A stretch of 64,000 bases of DNA from a virus (taxonomy: Duplodnaviria > Caudoviricetes). The notes under the pieces were generated by a model, which was not told the origin of the DNA, did not search any database, and saw only the letters and a program-made list of their open reading frames with translations. Of this stretch, positions 48,631 through 59,359 are shown one piece after another; within the stretch, counting starts at the first letter, position 1, and each line of letters starts with the position of its first letter. Location: positions 224,001 to 288,000 of IMG/VR virus record IMGVR_UViG_3300027740_000003, one strand, 5' to 3'. The position numbers and the translations under genes were made by a program.

Positions 48631-51600
48631 AACCTATATTTAATTATAAGAGTAAGATTTATATCTGAAACAGCACTGGTTTGTAAATCAGCAAGAATTT
48701 CTATTTCAACATTTTCTTCAAGTTTTCTATTTATATCTATTGTTGCATTTGCTATAGTTGTGGCAGCAAAATTCATTGGGTTAGTACCAGAACTAGCAGT
48801 TGTAATAACGGTGCCATAATCTCCAGCGAGTTCATTATAAATTGCTCTTAATGTTATATTTCCTGTTGTTGCAAATATAACTGACGTCTCACCATAAATT
48901 GTTGCAGACATAATATATGCGCCACTTGGAATAAATCCTTTAAGTGGCAAACACCACCTTGATGTTGCTGCGCTTGTACTTATTGCAGAATCATATCTTA
49001 ATTGAATAGTCTCACTATTATTAGTTGCCGCTGTGTTTTTGCCCCAATAAATTGGGCTGTTATTCCAATGCGTCCATCTATATGTTCCATATGTCCATAT
49101 TGGCGTACCTTGGGTTGTTTTAACAGGGAATGTAATAACGTGATTTATATTTCTCTCAACTATAGTTGGTGAAGCTCTTCCCATTGCTACATCAATAGTA
49201 ATTTCACTTGTTCCGTCTACTGTAGTTTTATCTAAATAGTTGTCTGTAATTATACCTGCCCCGGATCCTACAATATAATAAGTTATGCTATTTGTTCCTC
49301 TGAACAAATAGTTGTTGCTTATTATTGATCCTGTTGCTTCAGTATATGTTGAAATAACAGTATATATTCCGTATGTTGTAAAGGCACGAATAGTATTTCC
49401 AGTAATTACACATGGGGACAGAGCTCTAATACCATATGTATATTCAAGAACAGTAGCGCTACTATAAGTGCTTCCTGACTGGAATGAGTTATTTATTATC
49501 TTGGCTGGGATAAGTTGCGGTGCTGCCGAAACATTATCATACACATTTATTCCATAATTAACATTTAAATGAGTATCATATGCACCAAACGTGGTTGTAA
49601 ATACAGATCTTGTTAGAATGTTCCCATCTAGTATTACTGCACTCTGCCCAGTTCTTGGTGTTGCATTAGAGGTGTAATTAAAATTAATAGTAGAACATGA
49701 GTTGTTTCTAACAATTGTAGATGCAAGTGTTTTTGGAACAGTAATATATATTTGACCATAAATATCTACTGCGCCATAAATTGCATTACATGCATTTTCA
49801 GATATAAATAACCCAGGCTGATTATTGCTATCTTCCGGATCAATGTTAGATCCGGCAGATACACCAATATATCCACATTTGTTCTTGCTGATATGAACAT
49901 TAATAGCTGTAATTGGTGGAAGAGCTGTAGAAGATGTTCCAACAATAAATATACCTTGTTCTTGTGCACAAATATTTTTTTCAATAAACACATTGTTTAA
50001 TATAGAGTGAACAAGGCCGTCTGTATTTGAATTTGCAATAACAATAGCAGCAGAAGTGGTTGCATAAGTATCAGAAAATGAGTTGCCAATAATTGAACAA
50101 TTTTCGACAATATTATTATTCAATATCATATAAATAAATGGATAACGATAAGGATTGCCGGCTCCAAAAAAACTACAGTTTTCAATATTTATATTATTTA
50201 TTGTAGAAGAAGAAAGTGTTGGTTTAATAAGAACACAGGCCAAAGGAGCCGACAAACTAATATTTACATTATTTCCCGTTGCTAAAGATGGCCCATATAT
50301 AAAATTAATGTTTCTTATAGAAACACTGTCAGCAACTTTAATTCCAACCGTAGAACTAATAACAATTGTTGCTGATTCTATGCCGTCAGCTTCTAAAACC
50401 AAATTTGGTATTGCTGAGAAATCTAACGCAGTAGATAATACTATTGTCCCTCTAACAATTACTTTTTGTTTAAATGACTGGCTTGTTGCTGTTGCAGCTA
50501 ATGTTATCCAGTTTTGTAAAGCTTCTGCGCTTCTAAACGAAGCTGAGAAGTTGGTTTCATCCTCTGCCCAAACAAATGGAATATTAAAAGATTCATCAGC
50601 GGCAAATCTTCTAATATCAAGAATGCTAGACAATAACGACCCTGATGCAGTCAGTGTTGCTAATGGCAAAAGATCTTTTCTTTCCGTAATTAGTTCTGTA
50701 AACGTGACGGAAGGAACAAAATAAGACGTTCCACCACCAGAACCAGCCTGTGCAAAGAATTGCTGTTTGGTTGCAGTTATAGGGAGAGATACAAGGGCGC
50801 CATCTTCGTTTACACAAACAACCCAATTAACAGCAGCGCTGCCGCCACTTTCTATTAATCTAGGAATAAGTATTTTACTGTTATTTACAGATACAATATT
50901 GCCATTAATAAAAGCCAGTCCTCCATTAAAATATAAAGCTCTTGTGTCTACAACATCTGTAGCTCCAAGACAATCCAGATCCCTAATTACCCCATTAGCG
51001 TGAAGGGCTCTATCACCGGCAGTTATAAAGCTTTTAGCCGATGCGGTGAATTCTTTTTCACTAATCGATCCTACTTGTCTTTGGTCCCGAACCCTTTCTA
51101 CCAGAAGTCCTCCAGACCAATTCATTTCACAAGTAGATATTAAAGTTAATTCATCATCCTCCATTAATGAAGGCATAACTTCAATATCTACAACTCTAAC
51201 CGGGACTATAGTTGTTGGTGAAGTAGACGTCTCTACATACTCTAGTTCAATATAATCATTCCCGGTCTCATCAAAAACCTTGAACGGAACATTCTTTTTT
51301 CCTGTTGCTGTAATACCAGTGTTAGCTATTGTTGTAGTGCTAGGAGGTTGTGTATCGCCAGCAACAGGCCTTCTGCCTATTCTTGCTGTAAATTCACCAG
51401 TGGTGATATCATATGTATCAATTGATAATCTTATGTATTTATTAAAATTAGCAGTATTATCTCGATATCCTCTTAGTTTCGACGAAACATAATTTATATG
51501 CCAATAAGTAGAATCCAAAGCCGTTGCGGTAGCTCCATGAATTGGCATTCTAGCTCTTTCATGAGAAACTGTCTTTGCGCCTTTGTTGGCATATATTTCA

Positions 51601-53813
51601 TGGAAACGATGATAGTTATAAGCTGATGGGGTAGAGCTGTCGATCATATTATTTAGATCGAAACCAACAGTATCGTTCCCAAAATGTATTCTTACTTGAA
51701 TTCCCATTCCAGGCCCAGTTGAAGAACTAGATGCGCTACCTGTTGCATGAATGCCATTTAATACAGTAATTATTGTATTTGAAGTATCACCTGGACAAGC
51801 TGGCTGATATACAACAGACTCTATAATAAATCTACCATAATCAGCACTATTATAACTAGCCGAATTCACACCGATATTTGGCAGAACGGTAATTGTCTTT
51901 CCTGGTTTTAGACCAGCCGTATTAAGACAATCATATATGGTGTATGTTGTGCTTACACCTACGCCAGAAACGGTTCTTGCTGTAATATCAGCAAGCCAAT
52001 ATCCATCATAAACGCCTATTGCCGATCTTAAATAATCTCTTGCAGAACCATCTGCAACATAATACCTTTGTTTTCTAGGCATTATTATTTTTGATGGATT
52101 TTGTGCATCGGTTGAATTTGTATAAGAAGACCTATATGCAGGGCTGGCCCAATTTCCAGCATTAAAACTTAGGCCTAAAGCGTCCCAATATTTATTATCT
52201 ACGTTATAATCGCCAATAACATTTTCAGTAAAACTTCCTTCAACTCCAGATCCGGAACTCCAATCTCCATTAATTATTGAGAAAGCTGCTCCATCAAAAG
52301 GATCAGTCATTGCTATTCCAAAATTCCCGGCATATTGGAATGCCAAGAATCTCATGTTGTATCCTGACTGTCTAAACACATTGTTTGTGGCCAACACAAC
52401 ACTGTCTAAAGTATACTGTCCAGGAGTAGCTCCAGAGTTGCCAGAAACATCTACAGCAGGCATAACTATAGCTTTTTCAGCCGGATTTCCTGTTGGATAC
52501 AATTCTAAATATAAATTGTAATGTGTAGAATCAATTTGGTTTGGATCAAATCCTATACCAAGAACAGATGCACATCTTGGATCTGCAACAGTGACGCTTG
52601 AATAAAATCCCGGGAAATATCCTGTCGGAGTGGCATTACATGGTGCAGATATTGCTATGCCGTACACATTTGGATCATAAAGAGCCCTGTCTATTCTTGC
52701 ATAGGCATCTGTTGTATCAAGAAGGTTGTTAGAATCTAATCTTACACAGAACTCAATTCCAGGACTATATCTTAAAGATTCTACAATATATTGTGCCTCA
52801 AAATTATAACCGTCTCCATATACAATTCTAAGAATATCTCCCGGTTTAACTTGAGAGAATTCTGAATCTAATTGATATAATTCTGTTGAACTAGTAGGAA
52901 CATTAAATCTGACAATTTGATCGCCATCATTTACATCATCAACCGGTCCTGTCCCAGGAAAAGCTGCCACATAAGCCTGAACTTGTCTCAAAGAAACAAC
53001 AGCATCTCCATAACCATCCGTAATTAAACTCGAAGACCTAGCGTCTCCTGGAACACCCGATGAATGTTGAATTGCCCTATGCAAACCTATTCTCAAATCT
53101 TCAGAGGCATCTAGCTCTTCAAGAGCTGTTTGAACATCTATAGCTTCCTCCGACAACTGCATAAAATTACTGGTATCTACAGATATGGCCGTCGCTGGAT
53201 GAGAACCAGTAATTGCTATTTCATGCCCAACTAATTCGTTATTAATTTGCTCTAAAGCTCTTCCAACATTAGTTGCACTACGTATATTGCCGCTGGTATC
53301 AAGCAGTCCTGACCAAACAAAAGAAGGGTCTCTAGAATCTGAAGGAATGGCATTAATATCAACATGACTTGCTACATGTCGAACCGAGGCAGAACCTCCA
53401 CCAATATGTAAACCAAGACTGGTAGTGAGACCATTAACCGCTGTTTGAAGAGATGTTATAAGTGAAGAATTTGTTGCAATTAAGGATCTTAAACTAGAAG
53501 TGCTATAATCTAGATTAAGTTTCGATTCAGCGATGCCAGCACTGACACCAACTTGAGCATTATCAATAGGAAGGGTGACCAAACCAATAGCGGTTAAAGC
53601 GGCGGCTTTAACCGTTCCATTTGTATTGAATGAAACATCAAGAAATTCTTTCAAAGAATCAAGTGTGCCAGACGGTTTTATGCCAAGCTCTTCTTCAATT
53701 TTAAATACAGCATCGCGCACCTGGTTAAAATTCTGACCACTTATCTCGGAAATGTTATCATTGACGACATAAATAGTAGAGTTGTCATCGTAGCTGTAAG
53801 GGTAGGTTGACAT
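48627..53813 (-). CDS. Tail fibre / tailspike with a C-terminal right-handed beta-helix (pectin-lyase-like)
   Basis: N-terminal YP...D...NQVRDAVFKIEEELG; repeated (I/V)xxNxF/C coils (NIENCSF, IIGNSF, FIEKNIC, ISKNKC, VRNNSC, LDGNIL, IINNSF, ITGNTI, ISNNYL, ITDNYL). Confidence 0.75.
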   Translation of the reverse strand: MSTYPYSYDDNSTIYVVNDNISEISGQNFNQVRDAVFKIEEELGIKPSGTLDSLKEFLDVSFNTNGTVKAAALTAIGLVTLPIDNAQVGVSAGIAESKLNLDYSTSSLRSLIATNSSLITSLQTAVNGLTTSLGLHIGGGSASVRHVASHVDINAIPSDSRDPSFVWSGLLDTSGNIRSATNVGRALEQINNELVGHEIAITGSHPATAISVDTSNFMQLSEEAIDVQTALEELDASEDLRIGLHRAIQHSSGVPGDARSSSLITDGYGDAVVSLRQVQAYVAAFPGTGPVDDVNDGDQIVRFNVPTSSTELYQLDSEFSQVKPGDILRIVYGDGYNFEAQYIVESLRYSPGIEFCVRLDSNNLLDTTDAYARIDRALYDPNVYGIAISAPCNATPTGYFPGFYSSVTVADPRCASVLGIGFDPNQIDSTHYNLYLELYPTGNPAEKAIVMPAVDVSGNSGATPGQYTLDSVVLATNNVFRQSGYNMRFLAFQYAGNFGIAMTDPFDGAAFSIINGDWSSGSGVEGSFTENVIGDYNVDNKYWDALGLSFNAGNWASPAYRSSYTNSTDAQNPSKIIMPRKQRYYVADGSARDYLRSAIGVYDGYWLADITARTVSGVGVSTTYTIYDCLNTAGLKPGKTITVLPNIGVNSASYNSADYGRFIIESVVYQPACPGDTSNTIITVLNGIHATGSASSSSTGPGMGIQVRIHFGNDTVGFDLNNMIDSSTPSAYNYHRFHEIYANKGAKTVSHERARMPIHGATATALDSTYWHINYVSSKLRGYRDNTANFNKYIRLSIDTYDITTGEFTARIGRRPVAGDTQPPSTTTIANTGITATGKKNVPFKVFDETGNDYIELEYVETSTSPTTIVPVRVVDIEVMPSLMEDDELTLISTCEMNWSGGLLVERVRDQRQVGSISEKEFTASAKSFITAGDRALHANGVIRDLDCLGATDVVDTRALYFNGGLAFINGNIVSVNNSKILIPRLIESGGSAAVNWVVCVNEDGALVSLPITATKQQFFAQAGSGGGTSYFVPSVTFTELITERKDLLPLATLTASGSLLSSILDIRRFAADESFNIPFVWAEDETNFSASFRSAEALQNWITLAATATSQSFKQKVIVRGTIVLSTALDFSAIPNLVLEADGIESATIVISSTVGIKVADSVSIRNINFIYGPSLATGNNVNISLSAPLACVLIKPTLSSSTINNINIENCSFFGAGNPYRYPFIYMILNNNIVENCSIIGNSFSDTYATTSAAIVIANSNTDGLVHSILNNVFIEKNICAQEQGIFIVGTSSTALPPITAINVHISKNKCGYIGVSAGSNIDPEDSNNQPGLFISENACNAIYGAVDIYGQIYITVPKTLASTIVRNNSCSTINFNYTSNATPRTGQSAVILDGNILTRSVFTTTFGAYDTHLNVNYGINVYDNVSAAPQLIPAKIINNSFQSGSTYSSATVLEYTYGIRALSPCVITGNTIRAFTTYGIYTVISTYTEATGSIISNNYLFRGTNSITYYIVGSGAGIITDNYLDKTTVDGTSEITIDVAMGRASPTIVERNINHVITFPVKTTQGTPIWTYGTYRWTHWNNSPIYWGKNTAATNNSETIQLRYDSAISTSAATSRWCLPLKGFIPSGAYIMSATIYGETSVIFATTGNITLRAIYNELAGDYGTVITTASSGTNPMNFAATTIANATIDINRKLEENVEIEILADLQTSAVSDINLTLIIKYRF

Positions 53814-53823
53814 TTTTTTCCTT

Positions 53824-54204
53824 CTATTTATTCATTTCGCCGGGGGTCTTTATTTGATTTCTAATATAATACATTATTCTAGGATAAGCCCAAGCAGAAA
53901 CAAACCCCGCAAATGTTCCAACAAACATCCTCGACCACATTGACACATTAAAAGGATCGGGATAAGGATATTCGGAAATAAAAGCACCAATTAAACAACC
54001 AAGAATAACTGGCGCCGCTGGAAGAGCCACCTCTCTCCATAACCATTGATTGGTTGGTTCCCATTTATCTGGGAAATAGTTAGCCACTCTTAATGCTATT
54101 TGTTCTACTAGAAATTTAAATCCTTGTATTATCAAACCAATTATGATAACCAAAATCCAAAAAGCCGGTGTAAACAAACTTGAAAATGCTTGTGTTGGGT
54201 CCAT
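53824..54204 (-). CDS. Holin-like membrane protein
   Basis: 126 aa, three hydrophobic segments, basic C-terminus; downstream of fibre genes. No endolysin seen in the window. Confidence 0.5.
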   Translation of the reverse strand: MDPTQAFSSLFTPAFWILVIIIGLIIQGFKFLVEQIALRVANYFPDKWEPTNQWLWREVALPAAPVILGCLIGAFISEYPYPDPFNVSMWSRMFVGTFAGFVSAWAYPRIMYYIRNQIKTPGEMNK

Positions 54205-54239
54205 AGCTTCCTCCGAATTAATGCTTGATTATGCATCCT

Positions 54240-54629
54240 TTAGTTTTCATTATCTTTTACATAAACATCAATCCAGGCTCGCCAATAAAATCCACTAAAA
54301 TTAATTGGTAAAGCAATAGAGAATCTTGCACATCCTGTCCCAGAAACATATGAGCTTGATAATGATGCTGACGTATATCCTCCATCATCCCAAACAACTG
54401 TAGCTCCAGCAAATACAACTGTCGTATTTCTTTTATTAAAACAATCAAATGCTTTCATGGCAAAATACTCAGTGGGCTCCCGACTATGTGCAACAATATT
54501 TATTTCAAACATATATGTTGCGTCTACCTCAAGAAGAGTGCCAGATGTAAGAGGAATATCTATAGTATTACCACTTGCATCGCTTGGAATATATCCGTCC
54601 ATTGTAAAATGTACAACTTTATCACTCAT
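54240..54629 (-). CDS. Small beta-rich protein, probably virion/fibre-associated
   Basis: 129 aa, coupled to the Gly-rich fibre gene; contains one DGY. Confidence 0.5.
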   Translation of the reverse strand: MSDKVVHFTMDGYIPSDASGNTIDIPLTSGTLLEVDATYMFEINIVAHSREPTEYFAMKAFDCFNKRNTTVVFAGATVVWDDGGYTSASLSSSYVSGTGCARFSIALPINFSGFYWRAWIDVYVKDNEN

Positions 54630-56440
54630 TATAATACCTCATATCCATGGTAATGCACCATCCTTACACTTCCAGATTTATATACTGATATTAACATTCT
54701 AGGATCATCTTCGCCCAAATGGTTAAATTGAAAATATCCGCTATTTGCAAGGTTAGATTTTAACGAAATTGGACCAGACGTTCCAGTTGAAGCTCTATAT
54801 CCTGTTATTAAATACATTTGACCAAATGCTCCGGCAGCACTACCATCACCACAAGAAATGCTAATATTTCCAGCGTTTCCAGAAGCCCCAGCATTACCAG
54901 TATAAATATTAACACTTCCGGCATCGTCCCCAGTTGCATCACCAGTATACATTGAAATGCTTCCAGAATCTCCAGATTGTCCACTATATGTATAAATAGA
55001 AATATCTCCAGAACTATAAGTTCCACCAGCCAAAGATCTGATAATAATATTACCAGACCCTCCACTAGAGGTTCCTTCACCGCTTTCTATTGTAATATTT
55101 CCTCCAGGAGCTGAAGTACCAGAGCTTCCACCGGTACCACCAGTTAACGTAATGCTTCCACCACCAGCAGATCCCCCTGCTCCATATCCACCAGTTAATG
55201 TAATGCTTCCACCAGCAAAACTACCACCTCCATATCCTGCAACCACTACAATATCACCAGGTTTTGTCGTTCCTCCACTGTTCCCAGTGGTTATTTCAAT
55301 ATCCCCAACGTTAGATCCTCCACCATCTCCTGTGGCCAATCTAATGTCTCCTGAAGCGCCTACACTCCCACCATCACCAGTTGTAAAAATTATATGGCCA
55401 GAACCACCGTACAAAGATCCGTGAGTTGATAGTGTAATGTCCCCAGAAGAGACGCCTTCTTCTGTAGAAATTGTTATATCTCCGGATGCAGCTCCAGTGA
55501 TGCCTGTTGCCGCAGATCCAGATGTAATAGTTATTGGCCCTCCAGTGCCACCACCGCCGGCCCCACCAGACCCACCAACAATACTTACAAAACCACCATT
55601 GCCTGTCCCAGCACCACCACTACCGGCCCAAACAAATATATTTCCACCAGCATATGCTCCAGAACCAGTCCCAGGATTTAATGTGATCTCACCAGTAGCT
55701 CCTGACCCACCATTATTTCCAGTAGTAATACTTACAGCCCCTGTACTATCAGAAACCGATGTCCCCGTTCTAATTGATATATTCCCGCTTGAACCAACAT
55801 CAGCGTTGCCAGAATATAAAGAAATCGCACCAGTTAATAATAACCCGTCTCCTGTATATAAAGATAATGTTCCCGAACCAAAAACTGAAAGTCCTGAAGA
55901 TAAAGAAACATCCCCCGACGCAGAAGATCCTCCATCTCCAGATTTCACAACCAAATCACCAGAACCACTTCCTGCTAAAGACCCCCCGGTTCTAAATGAA
56001 TATGTTGCCCCTTGTCCCGCAGAATAATAATTAGAACCAATTGTTGCTGTTAAAGATCCTGCGTGATAAAATCTTACAGCCCTAGACGTAATAGCTTTTA
56101 AATCTATATGCTCATTAGAGCTAGTTATATACGATCCATCATTAAGATCTATAAATTCACCATTTGCCTGATTGTCAACAAGAAGAACATCTTCCAATCC
56201 TGGATTAAATAAATATCCATCAAGAATAGAATTAACACTCTCTAATGCTTCTTGAACATTAATGCCAGGAATATTGATTAATTCTGGATTCATGTTGATG
56301 TCGTCAGCACAATGATTAAATTGCTCTCCAGATGCATGTGCTAAGAAATCACGCTTATGTACAGCAATATATCCACCCTCAGGGGTTCTTGATGTTGCGC
56401 TTGAAAATGGTGTCCTTGGCGGTGTGCAACCTGATGCCAT
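54629..56440 (-). CDS. Gly-rich repeat fibre-like virion protein
   Basis: About 26 repeats of G-x-I-x-(L/I)-x-(T/S)-G; N-terminal H..D.I...VQEALE motif shared with the 1728-aa fibre. Confidence 0.7.
   Translation of the reverse strand: MASGCTPPRTPFSSATSRTPEGGYIAVHKRDFLAHASGEQFNHCADDINMNPELINIPGINVQEALESVNSILDGYLFNPGLEDVLLVDNQANGEFIDLNDGSYITSSNEHIDLKAITSRAVRFYHAGSLTATIGSNYYSAGQGATYSFRTGGSLAGSGSGDLVVKSGDGGSSASGDVSLSSGLSVFGSGTLSLYTGDGLLLTGAISLYSGNADVGSSGNISIRTGTSVSDSTGAVSITTGNNGGSGATGEITLNPGTGSGAYAGGNIFVWAGSGGAGTGNGGFVSIVGGSGGAGGGGTGGPITITSGSAATGITGAASGDITISTEEGVSSGDITLSTHGSLYGGSGHIIFTTGDGGSVGASGDIRLATGDGGGSNVGDIEITTGNSGGTTKPGDIVVVAGYGGGSFAGGSITLTGGYGAGGSAGGGSITLTGGTGGSSGTSAPGGNITIESGEGTSSGGSGNIIIRSLAGGTYSSGDISIYTYSGQSGDSGSISMYTGDATGDDAGSVNIYTGNAGASGNAGNISISCGDGSAAGAFGQMYLITGYRASTGTSGPISLKSNLANSGYFQFNHLGEDDPRMLISVYKSGSVRMVHYHGYEVL
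54760..55975 (-). repeat. Protein-level tandem repeat array (G-x-I-x-L-x-T-G units with Gly/Ser linkers)
   Basis: e.g. SGDLVVKSG, SGDVSLSSG, SGNISIRTG, TGEITLNPG, GGSITLTGG (twice), AGSVNIYTG; degenerate at DNA level. Confidence 0.85.
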
Positions 56441-56489
56441 AATTCATTACCTCTCTATGCAATATACAATAATAAGCCCAATTGCCTTT

Positions 56490-58130
56490 TTAAGGCATAA
56501 TGATGTTGTGAACGTGGCCACGACCCTCAATTCCAGACATTACAGCTGGCATAATTTGGCCGTTAATCACATCATGCAAATGAGACTCAGATATATTTGT
56601 TGTATTATTAATCTGAGATAATGCAACAGTATTATTGCTAACAACAAGCTCGTGCGTGTGCGGTATAACCGTTCCGTTTGGTCCCCTTAGCAAACCAACT
56701 GTTGTTGTCAATACAACGGGGAAATCTGCTGTGCTTCTTAATGCTCTCCATTGATATATTGGACTTGTCTTCCTTATTCTCTGAACTCGGAAATGCTGGT
56801 TTCCTGTCTGGCCATACAACAACACACCCCTAGTGACGTCAAGAATCTCATATCTAAATTCTTCTGTTCCATCAGGATTAAATCGGATCAATACGTCTCT
56901 GTCCTTTAATGCCGGATAACTTAATGTCCAACAATCAAAATTAGCTGTGCTCTCCAATCCTGCGTCTTCCATCTTTAGGTCTTCTGCTGTTGGTGTAAAC
57001 CTAACTAAAATCCTACTATCTCCTCTACGCGGGTTATAATATTGCTCATACCCCCCGACAAATCCTACCCCAATACAGCTCGGGCATCTTGCATCAGGAT
57101 ATTCTTGGTTCACAGACATACAACTGCAAGTAATTCCTTTCCACAACCTTCTCAGCAACACACACAAAGAACCTGTTCCGAGTTGTTCCAAAAGAAATTC
57201 TTGCAACCTATCTGCTTGATCAGAGAAAGATACATTTCGAAGCTGTTGGTTAACTCCATTATAACCATCGGCGCAAAAAATCTCACCGCCAAGATAACTG
57301 TCCAAACAATTCCCACCAAATAACAAAGAAGGATCTGTTCTGTGCCATCCTACTTGATCATATGCTGGGAAATCTGATCTATCATCGTCATTCAAAGACA
57401 AATCAGCCATTAACATGCTTGTTCTGTCGATAACCCTATAGCCATCGGATTCAACAAATACTCCATTTGGCGGGCCGTATACGTTTTGTTCCTGAATAAT
57501 AAATGCATTATCTTCTTCGTATCCTTTCCAGAATGTTATTACAGGATTTCTATAACCATATCCGTCATAACCATCAGTTAAATGAAGCCTAGCATTTGAA
57601 TTTAAAAAGCCTCTTTGCCCTATTAGGGTACCGTTGCCTAAATCTCTTGAAGTATATCTAATAAGCTCGTAGCCTACCTGTATGACCCCATAATTAGGAA
57701 ATATATCTACATCAGTTATTGGAATAACCGTCTGAGTATCATCAATATCTTCTGATAATAATGTTTCTGGGTACACATACAAATTTGTATCAATTTGTGC
57801 CGGGTCTCTAGGAAGAGTGGTAATATCATACCAGGCCGGATCATATTCAGTTGCCCTAACAACAAAGTAATATGTGTCTCCAGGTTTAAAATCTACAATT
57901 TCTGCTAATAAACCACTTGTGTTAGTAGAGACAAATTTAGGACCTTCAGAAATTTCATGGTCTTGTATTGATGAGTAATAAATATTATATGCAAGAGAAT
58001 AGTCAGAAGGACTAGCAAAGGCCCGCCTAAAATGAACAACCATCTTGTAGCCGTCTGAATTTGAAGCCACAAGTTTTATTCCTGCACTTGTCCAAGGAAT
58101 ATAAAATGGTTTTGGTTGTTCACATGCCAT
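56490..58130 (-). CDS. Neck / head-closure-like protein with N-terminal FN3-like domain, Cys4 zinc site and C-terminal HxH repeats
   Basis: Start ATG 58130 with AGGAG RBS; AYNIYYS...FKPGDTYYFVVRA (FN3); LRRLWKGITCSC...RCPSCIGVGFVGGY; HTH, HLH and HVH near the C-terminus. Confidence 0.6.
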   Translation of the reverse strand: MACEQPKPFYIPWTSAGIKLVASNSDGYKMVVHFRRAFASPSDYSLAYNIYYSSIQDHEISEGPKFVSTNTSGLLAEIVDFKPGDTYYFVVRATEYDPAWYDITTLPRDPAQIDTNLYVYPETLLSEDIDDTQTVIPITDVDIFPNYGVIQVGYELIRYTSRDLGNGTLIGQRGFLNSNARLHLTDGYDGYGYRNPVITFWKGYEEDNAFIIQEQNVYGPPNGVFVESDGYRVIDRTSMLMADLSLNDDDRSDFPAYDQVGWHRTDPSLLFGGNCLDSYLGGEIFCADGYNGVNQQLRNVSFSDQADRLQEFLLEQLGTGSLCVLLRRLWKGITCSCMSVNQEYPDARCPSCIGVGFVGGYEQYYNPRRGDSRILVRFTPTAEDLKMEDAGLESTANFDCWTLSYPALKDRDVLIRFNPDGTEEFRYEILDVTRGVLLYGQTGNQHFRVQRIRKTSPIYQWRALRSTADFPVVLTTTVGLLRGPNGTVIPHTHELVVSNNTVALSQINNTTNISESHLHDVINGQIMPAVMSGIEGRGHVHNIIMP

Positions 58131-59349
58131 TAACTCTCCTTCTGTTAACACTTGTTACAATTCCAACCGCCGCTTTAACAGAAATTCCGAATTTTTTTGC
58201 CACCACTGAATAATCTTTCAAATCATTATATGCAAATCTTACATCCTCTAAAGAATATCCGTTAACTAAAGTATAAAATTCAGATTGTATTTTATATTTT
58301 CTAAGCCAAATATCTAAAGTTATTTCACTACAATTTAAAAATTTTACTATTATAGATTTAGATTTATATTCTTTAGCAAGATATAATATTTGATTTTTTT
58401 TAATTTCTATATTTTTTTCGGCATTTATTTTTTTTTCAAATTTTATATTTTCTCTATTTTTTTCAAATTCTTTATATTTTTCTGCAATTTCTTTTTTTCT
58501 ATTTAAAAATACCGTAGCATTAGCATATAAATAATTATATAAATTGTGAATCGACAACGTATCACTATAAACCAAATTATCAAATGCTAATTTTATTTTT
58601 CCATATCTTTTTTCTATGTTTCTTTTTTTCTTTAATCCTATGTTATTTTTTTTCATTATATTATTAAATGAATTTAAAAAATAAACATTCCCATAAATAC
58701 TAAATACAACAATTTTGTTATTTATGGAAAAACAACCATCACCACCTATATATCCTCTTATAAAATGTCTAACTAATTCGTGATTTTTTAACCATTCTGG
58801 AATATCATAGATATAAGTTTTAGCAGAAATAATTCCAAATCTTTCTAATGATTTACAAATATCTATGGAATTAATCATTAATGAGCACATATTTGAAGAA
58901 TTGCAATTTTTTTTAGTATTTTTTATTTTGTGTCCTTTTTTACATATTTTTCTTATTGGATGTTGTGATTTTATATCTTTTTTAAATTTATTTAAATGAT
59001 TTGCATCCTTTTCTGCCAACTCAATTCCTAAACGATGAGGTATCATTTTTGGTCCTATAACCCAACCATCAGCAGCTATAAACCCAGCCCAATAAAATGA
59101 TTCTTCTGTATCTCTATTAAAAAAATCAAAATCTACATTATAAATTCTTTTTTTAGAATAACAACATTTAGGGCACCAACTTCCACCAAGAATTTCTAAT
59201 GGTTTTGCTTTCCATTTATGTTCTTTATTACATTTAAAAAAGATTTTATCTTTGCCAGTTATATATTTTTCTAATACCTCTCCGCCTTTGCTATTAACAA
59301 TAGCTATTAATCTTTTTTCACATTCTTGTCTACGTTCTTCATTTGTCAT
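58120..59349 (-). CDS. Free-standing double-motif LAGLIDADG homing endonuclease with N-terminal zinc ribbon
   Basis: YWAGFIAADG and FIRGYIGGDG motifs; CNKEHKW...WCPKC; C-terminal HTH-like segments; very AT-rich. Confidence 0.88.
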   Translation of the reverse strand: MTNEERRQECEKRLIAIVNSKGGEVLEKYITGKDKIFFKCNKEHKWKAKPLEILGGSWCPKCCYSKKRIYNVDFDFFNRDTEESFYWAGFIAADGWVIGPKMIPHRLGIELAEKDANHLNKFKKDIKSQHPIRKICKKGHKIKNTKKNCNSSNMCSLMINSIDICKSLERFGIISAKTYIYDIPEWLKNHELVRHFIRGYIGGDGCFSINNKIVVFSIYGNVYFLNSFNNIMKKNNIGLKKKRNIEKRYGKIKLAFDNLVYSDTLSIHNLYNYLYANATVFLNRKKEIAEKYKEFEKNRENIKFEKKINAEKNIEIKKNQILYLAKEYKSKSIIVKFLNCSEITLDIWLRKYKIQSEFYTLVNGYSLEDVRFAYNDLKDYSVVAKKFGISVKAAVGIVTSVNRRRVNGM

Positions 59350-59359
59350 ATTCGCCTGC

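Noticed and set aside
50155-51492. Plus-strand ORFs of 69-189 aa within the tailspike gene
   Set aside because: Antisense shadows with no independent expression signals.
55152-56027. Pro-rich plus-strand ORFs (90 and 196 aa)
   Set aside because: Antisense shadows of the Gly-rich repeat gene (GGN codons read as NCC); no RBS or promoter.
58120-59349. LAGLIDADG as part of an intein or group I intron
   Set aside because: No intein termini; the flanking genes have their own starts and stops and do not join into one reading frame.
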